64,000 nt of DNA from NCBI GenBank assembly GCA_963737905.1, contig CAVTUQ010000019.1, forward strand, positions 1 through 64,000, written 5' to 3'. How positions within the stretch are numbered: the stretch's first letter is position 1; each line of letters opens with the position of its first letter. This document shows positions 52,931 to 63,409 of the stretch, in pieces. The DNA is from an uncultured delta proteobacterium (GTDB taxonomy: Bacteria; Desulfobacterota; Binatia; UBA9968). Below the pieces are notes generated by a model. It was given only the letters and a program-made list of their open reading frames with translations. It ran no database searches and was not told the origin of the DNA. The position numbers were made by a program, and so were the translations under genes.

Positions 52931-53878
52931 ATGTCCGAATACAACACAATGGATATTCGCGGTTTCTACCGTTCGCACTCGCACCTGCCCATCTGGGAAC
53001 TGATGGACAAGGCAGGGATCTGGGAGCGGGTCGGATTGAAAGTGACTTTCGAGTTTTGCGACAGTTCGTCGGCGGCGGAGAAAGCACTTTTCGACGGCAG
53101 CGTCGATTTTGTCTCCGGGAACCACATCTCGCCTTACTTGTTGGTGCGCCGTGGAAAGCCGATTGTAAGCCTCACTTCGCCGTCCAACAGCGTGAACGAT
53201 AAGTTGGTGGCTCGGTTTCCGATCAAGAAGATCTCGGAGTTACGTGGAAAGCGCATCGGCGATACCACACTGGTGGATTCCATCGGCGGCTACCATCACC
53301 CGCGAGGCAATCACATGCTGTATGTCATGCGCGGCGGTTTGCGCCTGGATGAGGTGGAATTTGTGGAGCTGACGGAATCGAACAACGAGTTTCACGCGAT
53401 GCAGCTCGAAGTCGTCAAGTCCGGCAAAGTCGACGCCGTTTTTGTTACCGGAAATACAGATAAGTTCGAGCAGGCCGGTTTGCATGTTTTGCCGTTGGAG
53501 CGGCTGCCCATGATCAATGGGCCGACGTTGACATCGACGTTGACCACACTGCAAAAGAAACCGGGCTTAGCAGAGCGGCTAGTGAAGGCGCAAGTGATGG
53601 GTATCCACTTCGCGCGCACCCGGCGCGGCGAGACGGAAGACATTCTCGCCGGGCTGCGCCGGCGGGTGCCGGAGGCGAAAAACGCGGCCTATCGGAGCGT
53701 GGCGAAACTATTGCCCAAGCCCTATCCGGATCATGAAGGCGTGGCGAACGCTTACAAGCTCTGCTGTCTCAAGAGTCCCGAGACGGAGGAGATGAGCCCT
53801 ATGGCACTGTGGGACCTTCACTACCTTAGAGAATTGGACAGCTCAGGATTCATCGATGCGCTTTATGCGAACGACTGA
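52931..53878 (+). CDS. NMT1/SsuA-like periplasmic-binding-fold protein lacking a signal peptide
   Basis: ELRGKRIG, KPYP, PMALWDLHYLRELDSSGFIDALY; polar N-terminus after AAGGAG RBS. Confidence 0.8.
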   Translation: MSEYNTMDIRGFYRSHSHLPIWELMDKAGIWERVGLKVTFEFCDSSSAAEKALFDGSVDFVSGNHISPYLLVRRGKPIVSLTSPSNSVNDKLVARFPIKKISELRGKRIGDTTLVDSIGGYHHPRGNHMLYVMRGGLRLDEVEFVELTESNNEFHAMQLEVVKSGKVDAVFVTGNTDKFEQAGLHVLPLERLPMINGPTLTSTLTTLQKKPGLAERLVKAQVMGIHFARTRRGETEDILAGLRRRVPEAKNAAYRSVAKLLPKPYPDHEGVANAYKLCCLKSPETEEMSPMALWDLHYLRELDSSGFIDALYAND

Positions 53879-54014
53879 GCGCGCTCTTGCGGGATGCGTC
53901 GCCCAGTCGCCGGAACTCGGGGCACTACGGTTGACATTGACTTTCGCGTGGGGGACTATTCTGCCGTGGTTTATGTGGAAAGTGTTTCTTTGGTCATTCC
54001 CAGTCGGAGGTAGA

Positions 54015-55145
54015 ATGATGTTGGGTATATTCGGGAGCAGGTTTGTAGCGGCCGGAGCAATGATGCTCTTGTTCTTCGCGTTGGCGGGAGAAGGCGGGGC
54101 CCAATCCAATTGGCAGAAGGAATGGGAAAAGACTCTCGCAGAGGCGAAAAAAGAGGGACAGGTCAATATCTATATATATCGCTACGAGCGGCTGCTGCAG
54201 GATTTCAGGAAGGAATACCCCGATATTAATGTTGTTTCCGTCACCGGAAGAGGGACGGAGTTGACAGCACGCATTATGGCAGAGCGACGGGCCGGTAAAT
54301 ATATCGCGGACGTTTACAGCGGTGGAACTAACGGTAACTACAATACATTTTATAAGGGTAAAGTCCTCGATCCAATTAAGCCGGCACTGATTCTCCCCGA
54401 AGTTACCGATCAATCCAAGTGGTACGGGAATGAACACCGTTACGCCGACCGGGAAGGGCAATACATCTTTGCCTATCTTGCGAATCCGAGCGGCGCGCAA
54501 CTCGCTTTCAACTTGAATCTCGTCAACCCGAAGGATTTCAAGTCCTACTGGGATGTTACGAATTCCAAGTGGAAGGGTAAGATCGTGTCACTTGATCCTA
54601 GAGACACCGGGTTGGGTGCGACTATGCAGTTCCTCTACTATAACCCGGAGATCGGTCCTGAGTTCATGAAGAAGTTTTTTGGCGGCATGGATATGCAGTT
54701 TGTCAAGAATTTCCGCCAAATGACCGACTGGTTGGCCCAGGGAAAGTATGCTATCTGCATGGGCTGTAAGGATTCCATGAGGGCCAAGAATCAGGGGCTT
54801 CCTGTGGACGACTTTGATACGACGAAGTGGAAAGAGGGGTCGAGCTTTTCCTCGGGTGGCGGCTCGCTCAGCCTGCTGAATCAGGCGCCGCACCCTAATG
54901 CGGCCAGGGTTTTTATCAACTGGTTTCTCTCGCGCAAGGGACAGTTGGCGTTGCAAAAACTGGGCGACCCAGATGATCCACCTAACTCACGGCGCATAGA
55001 CATTTCCAAGGACGACGTCCCGATGGACGCCCGCCTGCAGCCCGGGGCCAAATATTTTGACGTCGTGAAGCCGGAATACGGCGACATGAAGCCGATTTTC
55101 GATCTCGCTAAGGAGATCATGGCGGCGAACGAGGCGAAGAAATAG
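54015..55145 (+). CDS. Extracellular solute-binding protein
   Basis: GGAGG RBS, signal peptide, WEKTLAEAKKEGQV, APHPNAARVFINWFLS. Confidence 0.9.
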   Translation: MMLGIFGSRFVAAGAMMLLFFALAGEGGAQSNWQKEWEKTLAEAKKEGQVNIYIYRYERLLQDFRKEYPDINVVSVTGRGTELTARIMAERRAGKYIADVYSGGTNGNYNTFYKGKVLDPIKPALILPEVTDQSKWYGNEHRYADREGQYIFAYLANPSGAQLAFNLNLVNPKDFKSYWDVTNSKWKGKIVSLDPRDTGLGATMQFLYYNPEIGPEFMKKFFGGMDMQFVKNFRQMTDWLAQGKYAICMGCKDSMRAKNQGLPVDDFDTTKWKEGSSFSSGGGSLSLLNQAPHPNAARVFINWFLSRKGQLALQKLGDPDDPPNSRRIDISKDDVPMDARLQPGAKYFDVVKPEYGDMKPIFDLAKEIMAANEAKK

Positions 55146-55153
55146 GAGGGACC

Positions 55154-56324
55154 ATGCTGACTCGTGAAGAAAATGAGATGTTGACTCGAGTTGGGCGGGG
55201 GACAGCGGCCGGCGAACTGCTGCGCCGGTACTGGCAGCCCGTGGCCGCCGCCGGTGAACTAACCGATGAAAAGCCGATTAAAGCGGTGCGCCTCCTGGGT
55301 GAAAACCTCGTTGTGTATCGTGACAAGCGGGGAAGCTATGGCCTGGTGGGCGAACAATGCCCGCATCGCAAGGCGTCCTTGGCTTTTGGTCGCGTCGATG
55401 AAGACGGCATTCGTTGTCCGTATCACGGTTGGAAATATGACTGCACAGGAAGGTGTCTTGAACAGCCCGCCGAACCCGAATCCGGCGGATTCAAAGACAA
55501 GATCAAACATCTCGCGTATCCGGTGCAGAAGTTAGGCGGGCTCTTGTGGGCCTATCTCGGACCGGAACCGAAGCCGCTACTGCCCCGCTGGGACGTGTTG
55601 GCATGGGAGAACGGCAAACGTTGGATCGAGAAGCACGAGATTTACAACTGCAACTGGCTGCAGCCCATGGAGAACTCTGTCGATCCCTCGCATCTCTACT
55701 GGCTCCATGGCGACACCGCACACCTGGTCGGTGCGGTGGAGCGGTACGAAGAAGAGCACGAATTCATCCCGTTCGAATTCGGCATCATGAAAGTACGACG
55801 GACGCCGGGGAAAAAACCCAGCGACAGGTCAGAGATCGACCAGCATCCGCTGGTTTTTCCGAACACGCTGCGGCATGTCTTCCGGATGATAAAAACCGAT
55901 AGCCTGCTTGCGCCATAACTTGCAGATCCGTGTGCCGGTGGACGACACGCACACGCAAATCTACGTCGTTTATTTCACGCCCAACGACACCGATCTTTCG
56001 CCCGCGGAGGGCGACGCGCCGTGGGAGTTTTTCCCGATCAGGGATGAGCGAGGTCAGTATCGTCTCGACCACGTGCTGGTACAGGATGCGATGGCTTGGG
56101 AAACCCAAGGAGCGATCACGGATCGGACGCAAGAACATCTCGGCGTGGGCGACGAAGGCATTATTATCTTTCGGAAGCTTTTGCACGAGCAGATCGAAAT
56201 CGTGCGCAATGGCCGAGAACCGCTGGGGGTAGTGCGGGATCCCGGCAAGAATCGGCTCATAGAATTCGACGTCATCAACGAACGGATCGCTGTTTACGGC
56301 ACTGAGCGGCAGAAGGTCGCGTGA
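55154..56324 (+). CDS. Rieske non-heme iron oxygenase, phthalate 4,5-dioxygenase-like (frameshift near 55905)
   Basis: MLTREENE.LTRVG.GT..GELLRRYW, CPHR..CPYHGW, ENSVDPSH...LH, VPVDDTHT, QD.MAWETQG. Confidence 0.9.
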
Positions 56325-56362
56325 TGTGCGGTTCACACCAAGGGACTGTGTCGAAATAGCGC

Positions 56363-56422
56363 TGTCATCCCGAGCGAATGCGAGGGATCTAAAACAGATT
56401 TCTCCCTTCGGTCGAAATGACA
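56363..56422. repeat. Palindromic intergenic element
   Basis: TGTCATCCCGAGCGAATGCGAGGGATCT-AAAAC-AGATTTCTCCCTTCGGTCGAAATGACA. Confidence 0.7.
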
Positions 56423-56486
56423 GAAGAGATGAACAGTTAAGAGAAGTGAATCACGGCCATCAGGGAGTTTTCAGGAGGAGCTTGCA

Positions 56487-57584
56487 ATGGCAGTTGATCA
56501 AAGACCACAGGATCTCAAGCCGGAAAGGATCGATACTTACAAGGACTGGCAAGCGGAGCAGAAGATTCCAGTCGTGCGCGGCTTCTTCGTCGAGGACGTG
56601 AACAAAGTCGAACTCGAATACTGGGACCTGAAAGGCGTTCCCTGTTCTTTCGTTGTTCTCGACGGTACCGGAGGCACCAACGACGCGTACGTTTGCGAGA
56701 TCCCGGCGGGCGGCAAAACCAAACCGCAAAAACACATGTACGAAGAGATGGTCTACGTCACCCAGGGCTATGGCGCGACTACGGTCTGGCAAAGAGACGG
56801 CAAGAAGCACACTTTCGAGTGGGGACCGGGAAGCATGTTTGCGATTCCGATCAACGCCGACTATCAGCATTTTAACGCCAGCGGCAGCGATCCGGCGCGC
56901 TATTTTGCCGTGACCAACTGCTGCTTCATGATGAACTTGTTCCACAACGTCGATTATATCTTTAACAGCGACTACACCTTTTTTGACCGTTTTGATCCGC
57001 GCACCGAGGGTTATTTCAGCGGCCAGGGCGAGCTCACGGGACGCTTCTTCCTGACCACCAACTTCGTGTCCGACACCCACACTCTCAAGCTCACCGAGTA
57101 CAACGAGCGCGGCAAGGGCAGCACCAACATGAAATTCAACCTGGCAAAAAACACCATGGGCGCGCATATCTCCGAATTTCCGGTGGGGACTTATAAAAAA
57201 GGGCACCGGCATGGTCCCGGCGCCCACGTAATTATCTTGACCGGCCAGGGCTACTCCATCCTGTGGCCGGAAGGTGAGGAGATGAAGCGGGTCGATTGGA
57301 AGCCTGGGAGCGTCGTCGTTCCTCCTGATCGGTGGTTCCATCAACATTTCAACTCCGGCGCAAAGCCGGCGCGCTACCTGGCGCTCCGCTGGAACAACTG
57401 GCGCTTTCGTTTCATGCGTTCGCAGGACGGCGAGGGAGGCACATTCACGAGCGTCAAATTGGGCGGCGGCCAGATCGAGTTCGAGGATGAGGACCCGCAG
57501 ATTCACCGTGACTTCGAAGCGGCGATGAAATCCGCCGGCGCGCACTGCAACATGCCTTATCACCCGGGGTGCACGCAAAAGTAG
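56487..57584 (+). CDS. Bicupin protein, paralogue of 40964..42001
   Basis: PQKHMYEE, FEWGPGS.F.IP.N..YQHFN, KGHRHGPG, WFHQHFN. Confidence 0.85.
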   Translation: MAVDQRPQDLKPERIDTYKDWQAEQKIPVVRGFFVEDVNKVELEYWDLKGVPCSFVVLDGTGGTNDAYVCEIPAGGKTKPQKHMYEEMVYVTQGYGATTVWQRDGKKHTFEWGPGSMFAIPINADYQHFNASGSDPARYFAVTNCCFMMNLFHNVDYIFNSDYTFFDRFDPRTEGYFSGQGELTGRFFLTTNFVSDTHTLKLTEYNERGKGSTNMKFNLAKNTMGAHISEFPVGTYKKGHRHGPGAHVIILTGQGYSILWPEGEEMKRVDWKPGSVVVPPDRWFHQHFNSGAKPARYLALRWNNWRFRFMRSQDGEGGTFTSVKLGGGQIEFEDEDPQIHRDFEAAMKSAGAHCNMPYHPGCTQK

Positions 57585-57608
57585 TCGCGCATAAGCGCGC
57601 CTACTTGT

Positions 57609-57696
57609 GTTCAAGGTTCCAGGTTCGACGTTCAATGTGTGAAGGCCAAATCTTAAATCCGATTCGTTGAACCTTGAACGTGGAACGTTGAACCTA
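57609..57696. repeat. Heptamer array with inverted copy
   Basis: GTTCAAG GTTCCAG GTTCGAC GTTCAAT ... TTGAACC TTGAACG TGGAACG TTGAACC. Confidence 0.72.
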
Positions 57697-57722
57697 TAAC
57701 AGGGAGCAGGCAGGCAAAACCG

Positions 57723-58736
57723 ATGGCGCGGTTGAGATTGAGCTTCGTTTCCGCATTCAACGAGAGAGTCGAGCCGCTCATGAACGGCAGCGTTCAGCCC
57801 GAAGGCGTCGAGCTGATTTCGACCTATTCAGATCCTTCGGAGACTTTCTGGCGCCAGCTCAAATTCCAAGAGTTTGAGATTTCCGAGATGTCGCTTTCGT
57901 CCTATCTCATCGCCAAATCCCGTGGGATGGATATGGTGGCGATACCGGTTTTTCCGTCCAGACGGTTTATGCACGCGCAGCTCTCGTACCATGCCGATTC
58001 GGGCATTTGCCAGCCCAGCGACGTTACGGGCAAGCGAATCGGCGTCGGCGAATACCAGCAGACCGCTTCCCTCTGGGTGCGCGGCGTTTTGGAGCATGAT
58101 TTCGGCGTGTCGCAATACCGGGTTCATTGGTACATGGAGAGAAGCGAGGAGTTGAGCCATGGGGGCGCTACGGGATTTACGCCGCCGCCGGGAATTTCGT
58201 TCCAGCGAATTCCGCCGGACAAGAGTCTCGCCTCCATGCTCGTGGCTAACGAAATCGATGTTGCTGCGGTCAACCGAGCGTTTCAAAAGGATAGCAACAT
58301 AATCGACCGCTCCACCCATATCCGCGCTCGCGGGGGCGACTGGAGCAAGGTCAAGCCTCTTTTTCCCGACATGATCGCCGAAGGGACGCGGTTCTTCACC
58401 AAACATGGTTTCATCCCCGCAAACCATGCCTATGTCATCAGAGGCGACGTGGACAGAAAATATCCCTGGCTCGCATTCAACCTGTTCAGCGCCTTTGTCA
58501 AAGCGAAGGCAATTGCCCAAGATCAACTGGCCGATAGCATTCCAACGGGATTAATTTTCGGCAAAGAGTATTTCGCGAAAACAAGAGATATCTTTGGCGC
58601 AGATCCTTTTCCTTACGGCATCAAACAGAATCGCCCGATGCTCCAGACCATCATCGAATATTCGCATGAGCAGGGTTTGACGCCGAAAAAGAGCGAGCTC
58701 GAAGATCTTTTCGCGCCCAGCACCTTGGACCTTTGA
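57723..58736 (+). CDS. 4,5-dihydroxyphthalate decarboxylase-like protein (periplasmic-binding-protein fold)
   Basis: G.V.PEG..L, FWRQL...EF..SEMS.SSY, IPVFPSR.F, GKRIGV.EYQQTA..W.RG, DPFPYG...NR. Confidence 0.82.
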   Translation: MARLRLSFVSAFNERVEPLMNGSVQPEGVELISTYSDPSETFWRQLKFQEFEISEMSLSSYLIAKSRGMDMVAIPVFPSRRFMHAQLSYHADSGICQPSDVTGKRIGVGEYQQTASLWVRGVLEHDFGVSQYRVHWYMERSEELSHGGATGFTPPPGISFQRIPPDKSLASMLVANEIDVAAVNRAFQKDSNIIDRSTHIRARGGDWSKVKPLFPDMIAEGTRFFTKHGFIPANHAYVIRGDVDRKYPWLAFNLFSAFVKAKAIAQDQLADSIPTGLIFGKEYFAKTRDIFGADPFPYGIKQNRPMLQTIIEYSHEQGLTPKKSELEDLFAPSTLDL

Positions 58737-58767
58737 CCCTCTGACCTGGGCTTGAGAGGAAACTCTC

Positions 58768-59876
58768 ATGATCCGCAACGCCGTCCTGAACCGGACGTTA
58801 ATCGTTTTAACGCTGCAATTTTTCTTTCGCCCGCAAGCGACTGCCGCTGAAATCGCCTGGGAGATCGAATGGGAGCGCACGGTCAAAGCCGCTGAGCAAG
58901 AAGGGCAGGTCGTTGTCTACAAGATCGCCCACGACGCGGAATGGCACGCCTTCCAGAAAAAGTTTCCCAAGATCAAAGTTATCTTGGTACCCGGCGGCGC
59001 CGCGCAGATCCAGCAACGCATTTTAGCCGAGCGAAGGGCGGGAAAGTTTCTCGCCGATGTGATCCGGCTCGGTGGCGGTACCTCTACGTCGCTCTACAAA
59101 GCCAAGGCGCTCGATCCAATAGGCCCGGCGCTGATTCTTTCCGAAGTCAAAGATGTTTCGAAATGGCTCGACGGCAAACATCACTACAACGACATCGATA
59201 ATCAGTATGTTTTTGTCTACGCGGCCTTTCCCTTGCATTTGCTCGGCTACAATCAAAAATTAGTCGACCCGAAAACATTGACGAGCTATTGGGATCTTCT
59301 CGACGCGAAGTGGAAAGGCAAGATCACCCTCAAAGACCCGCGGGAGCCCGGCGGCGGAAGCCCGCTGGTGTTTCTCTACCACAACCCGCAGCTCGGACCG
59401 GAGTACATAAAAAATCTTTTCTCTGTGGCCGGCGTTACCTTGGTGCGAGACGAGCGCCAACAGACCGACTGGATCGGTTCGGGGAGATTCCCGCTCGCCA
59501 TCACGGCGAAGGCGGATCAAGTCCAAGAAGCGAAGAAGCAGGGATTGCCCGTCGAGATGCTTGACGCCCACGCTTTCAAGAAAGACGGTGTCGGCCTGGA
59601 AGCCGGGGGAACTATGATTGCGCTGGCAAACAAAGCGCCGCATCCCAACGCGGCGAAGGTGCTGATTAACTGGTTTTTATCCCGCGAGGGACAGACGGCT
59701 ATCCAGAAAACCGGCCCCGGTGAGCCCGGCCAGAACTCCCTGCGTGAAGATATTCCGAAAGAGCATTTGCCGCATGGGCGCAGCGTCAGAAGGGAGTTAA
59801 GTATATTCGCCTCTGGGGGCCGGATGCGTGGGACAGGGAAGCCGTAACGAAATTAGTCACGGAGCTGGCGAAGTGA
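58768..59876 (+). CDS. Extracellular solute-binding protein (frameshift near 59770)
   Basis: WERTVKAAEQEGQV, ERRAGKF, APHPNAAKVLINWFLS; C-terminus completed in the adjacent frame to TGA 59876. Confidence 0.86.
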
Positions 59877-60005
59877 GAGTGTTGCCCCTATCCTAGCCTT
59901 CCCCCGGAGGCGGGGGAAGGAATAAGTCGGTTGGGCGAAAGGTCAGTCTGTCGTTCTGTCGGAAACTATTTTTGCTAAGTGAAAAATCATCCAGGGGGAA
60001 ATACC

Positions 60006-61217
60006 ATGATCAAACCGAGTGAGCTCACATGGGATGATGTCGTTAGAGTAGGACCCGGCACGCCGGGAGGGAACTATCTGCGATCGTTTTGGTGGCCCGT
60101 GGCGGTTTCAGAGGAAGTCAAGGATATCCCCGTGCCCGTAAAACTTCTCGGCGAAGAACTGGTGCTTTTCCGCGATCTCTCAGGCGAGTTGGTGCTGCTC
60201 GGAGGCTACTGCTCGCACCGCCGTGCCTCACTGGAGTATGGCATCATTCAAGCGAACGGTATTCGTTGCGCCTATCACGGATGGTGCTACGACCGGCGAG
60301 GTAGAGTGGTGGACCGGCCTGCCGAGCCGATCAAGACCGCGACCCACATTCAGCACCCATGGTATCCCACGCAGGAATTGAGCGGGTTTGTGTTCGCTTA
60401 TTTAGGCAAAGACAAAGAAAGTCCGCCGCCGCTGCCCAGGTACGACGTGCTCGTCCAAGACGGTTACCGAGTGGTGGAAAGAGGCGACGCCGAGGCCGGC
60501 AAAGCTTACAACTGCAACTGGCTCCAGGGCGTGGAAAACACCACGGACACAACCCACCTAACTTATCTTCACCGAATCTACGAAAAGTGTCCCGCGTTCA
60601 AGCCGGTGGAAAGCGAATACGGCGTCAAGCTGTACATCTTGGAGCCGCGCACGAAACCCAATCATGTGGCATTGCGAAAAAGATGCACCGTGCTGCCTAC
60701 GATCAATCGAAAATCCCGCGAGCTTCGGCCCAAAAATCCCGGTGAGCGTGGCGTTACGCTCCAGCAGGCCATTTGGGTTATTCCGATCGACGACACCCAC
60801 TGCGAGGAGATGCGCCTGACGGTTTATCCGGAAAAACCCAGCGAGCGCAGATATCATGGCGCGTATTTGGATCAAGCCAAAGAACGGGAAAGAAAACCGT
60901 ACGACCGGCGCTTTTACGGCGAGATCAAGGGCAACGTTCCTCTAGAAGACAAAGCTATGGTGGAGAGTCAGGGGTCCATCGTCGATCGTACGCTGGAACA
61001 TCCCGGTTACGGGGACAGAGCGATTCTGCTTCTCCGCAAAATGATCCGCGATGGCATCGCTGAGGTGGCTAACGGCGGCACGCCGAAGGGCGTGCTGCGC
61101 GAGAATAGGGCGCTGGTCGATCTCGATATCGGCGTTGAAGAGTATGCCATCGATAAAGTCCCCGAGGGAAGAGCAGCGCTGCTGGCGGAACTGCGGCAGC
61201 AATCGGAGCAAATATGA
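60006..61217 (+). CDS. Second Rieske non-heme iron oxygenase alpha subunit
   Basis: VGPGTPGGNYLRSFW.PV, CSHR..CAYHGW, ENTTDTTH...LH, PIDDTH, ED..MVESQG. Confidence 0.9.
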   Translation: MIKPSELTWDDVVRVGPGTPGGNYLRSFWWPVAVSEEVKDIPVPVKLLGEELVLFRDLSGELVLLGGYCSHRRASLEYGIIQANGIRCAYHGWCYDRRGRVVDRPAEPIKTATHIQHPWYPTQELSGFVFAYLGKDKESPPPLPRYDVLVQDGYRVVERGDAEAGKAYNCNWLQGVENTTDTTHLTYLHRIYEKCPAFKPVESEYGVKLYILEPRTKPNHVALRKRCTVLPTINRKSRELRPKNPGERGVTLQQAIWVIPIDDTHCEEMRLTVYPEKPSERRYHGAYLDQAKERERKPYDRRFYGEIKGNVPLEDKAMVESQGSIVDRTLEHPGYGDRAILLLRKMIRDGIAEVANGGTPKGVLRENRALVDLDIGVEEYAIDKVPEGRAALLAELRQQSEQI

Positions 61218-62095
61218 AAAACACCGGCGATGCTGTGGCGCCGTTGGAGCGCTTGGGGTTTATCGGCCTTGGCAACATGGGCGGCGCCATCGCTCTGCGA
61301 CTTTTACGGGCCGGCTACCCGCTGACTGTCCTCGATCTCGATGAGGAAAAGTTGAAGCGGCTCGTACGCGAGGGCGCGAGCAGCGCGACTACACCGGGCG
61401 AAATTGCCGACCGGTCTACCATCGTCCTGGCGTCGCTGCAGCCGGCTGATGTTGAAAGAGTCGCCTGCGGCGAAAACGGCATCGCCGACGCGAAAAAGGA
61501 CGGCTTGGTCTTTGTCGATCTGAGCAGCACTGCGCCGGAGCTTGCTATCAAAGTCTCCGATGCCCTGCGCGTGCGCGGCATCGAGATGCTCGATGCGCCG
61601 CTGAGCGGCGCCGACATCGGCGCCACCAACGGCAACCTCACGATCTTTGTCGGCGGTAATTATGCCGCCTATCAGCGCTGCCTGCCGGTGCTTCAACATG
61701 TCGGGCGGATGGTCACGTACTTGGGCAAGAATGGCAACGGACAGATCGGCAAACGGATCAATCAAATGATGCAAGCTTTATCGGAACTGGCGATCTACGA
61801 AGGCTTGCTGTTGGCGAAAAAATCCGGCCTCGACTTGAAGATGTTCGCCCGCGCGGCTTCCGGAGGTTGCGCGCAGTCGTGGCGCTTGGATGAGTTGGTC
61901 GATAACGTTTTCAACAAAGGCGACACGACTTACCAACTTGGCTTGCGTCCGGGTCGCACCGGGAACGCGCTCAAGATGGCCGAGACACTTGGGTTAAACT
62001 TGGCGGGAGCGAAGGCGGCCGATCAAATTTTCTCACGCCAAGGTTGGCGGGTGGAGATCGATTTTGAAAAAGACGAGCTGCCGGATCCAGTATGA
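61214..62095 (+). CDS. NAD(P)-dependent beta-hydroxyacid dehydrogenase (3-hydroxyisobutyrate dehydrogenase family)
   Basis: LGFIGLGNMG, LDAPLSG, G.LTIFVGG, G.GQ..K..NQ. Confidence 0.88.
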   Translation: MKNTGDAVAPLERLGFIGLGNMGGAIALRLLRAGYPLTVLDLDEEKLKRLVREGASSATTPGEIADRSTIVLASLQPADVERVACGENGIADAKKDGLVFVDLSSTAPELAIKVSDALRVRGIEMLDAPLSGADIGATNGNLTIFVGGNYAAYQRCLPVLQHVGRMVTYLGKNGNGQIGKRINQMMQALSELAIYEGLLLAKKSGLDLKMFARAASGGCAQSWRLDELVDNVFNKGDTTYQLGLRPGRTGNALKMAETLGLNLAGAKAADQIFSRQGWRVEIDFEKDELPDPV

Positions 62096-62274
62096 TTAAA
62101 ATGATTTTGGATTTTCGATTGAGGATAGAAACACGCGAGCCGATAGAGCATTATTCGGTGAGGACCGAAGAGTTTGGGAGTAATGCGAGAATATGACCAG
62201 GATAGGACAAAGAAGGTAGGCTTTTATTTCTCCCACTTCGGGAAGAGCTTTGTAGACCATTTTGGAGACTGAAT

Positions 62275-63285
62275 ATGAGCGCAACGTCGAGGCCCAAATC
62301 CCTGTGGCTTTACGTCTTCGTTCTTTTGACCCCGGGTGCCGGTGTTATGAGTGCGGAGCCGCAAGGGGAAAGATTGCACATGGGCTACAGCATCTATTCG
62401 GGCATGACCGCGCCGATTTGGGCGACCAAGGAAGCGGGTTTGTTTGAGAAAAATGGGCTCAACGTGCAATTGGTTTACCTCAGAGGCGGCACCGAGGCTG
62501 CCCAGGCTCTGATCACGGGCGATATTCCCTTCGCCATGATGGGAGGAGGCGCCGTGATCGCCTCCAATCTCGCCGGCTCGGGGAGCGTCATTCTTGCGGG
62601 GATTGAGAATACGATGCTCTTTAAATTAGTGACTTCGAAAGACATCGACTCCGCAGAGAAGTTGCGCGGCAAAAAACTCGGCGTCGCATCGCTGGGCGGA
62701 TCCACGTATCTGGCTACCGTTCGTGCCCTTCAACATTTTGGAATGAAAGCTAATGACGCGACCATTTTGGCGATTGGCAGCGGACCGAACCGATTGGCGG
62801 CCGTGCAATCGGGCTCGATCCAAGGCGGCGTCTTCCTGCCTCCTGAAACTCTTATCGCTAAGAAACTGGGGCTCAATTTCCTTCTCGACTTGGGATCATT
62901 GGGCGTGGAATTCCAAAATGCGGTCATCGCCGCAGGAAGGAATGTCGTAGAAAAAAAGCCGGAAACGGCTAGAAGATTCATCAAGGCGATAGTCGAGGGA
63001 ATACACGCGTACAGGACCGATAGAGATTTTGGCCTGAGAGTTCTCAGAAAATATCTGAAGACCAGCGATCAAGAGATCCTTGAAGAGACTTATGATTTCT
63101 ACAGCGATAAGGTTTTCCCCAAGCCCTACCCGACCGTTAAGGGCATGCAGGCAGTATTAAGCGACCTGGCCGGCAGAAATCCTAAGGCCAAAGATGTCCA
63201 GACCTCTCAACTTGTAAACTTAAGTTTCCTCAAAGAATTAGACGAGAGCGGCTACATCGATCGGCTCTATAAGAGTTCCCGATAA
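62275..63285 (+). CDS. NMT1/SsuA-type ABC substrate-binding protein
   Basis: P.W...EAGLFEKNGL, LRGKKLGV, KPYPT, LKELDESGYIDRLY. Confidence 0.9.
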   Translation: MSATSRPKSLWLYVFVLLTPGAGVMSAEPQGERLHMGYSIYSGMTAPIWATKEAGLFEKNGLNVQLVYLRGGTEAAQALITGDIPFAMMGGGAVIASNLAGSGSVILAGIENTMLFKLVTSKDIDSAEKLRGKKLGVASLGGSTYLATVRALQHFGMKANDATILAIGSGPNRLAAVQSGSIQGGVFLPPETLIAKKLGLNFLLDLGSLGVEFQNAVIAAGRNVVEKKPETARRFIKAIVEGIHAYRTDRDFGLRVLRKYLKTSDQEILEETYDFYSDKVFPKPYPTVKGMQAVLSDLAGRNPKAKDVQTSQLVNLSFLKELDESGYIDRLYKSSR

Positions 63286-63409
63286 GCTGGACACTCGCTC
63301 GAAGGCGCAAGTGCGCTAAGAGAGAAAGTGAGGAAACGGGTTGCACGATACGCTTGAACTTCCCGCTTCTACGCGCTAAAAACGCGGTGGCTTAGAAAGG
63401 GACTGCGAT

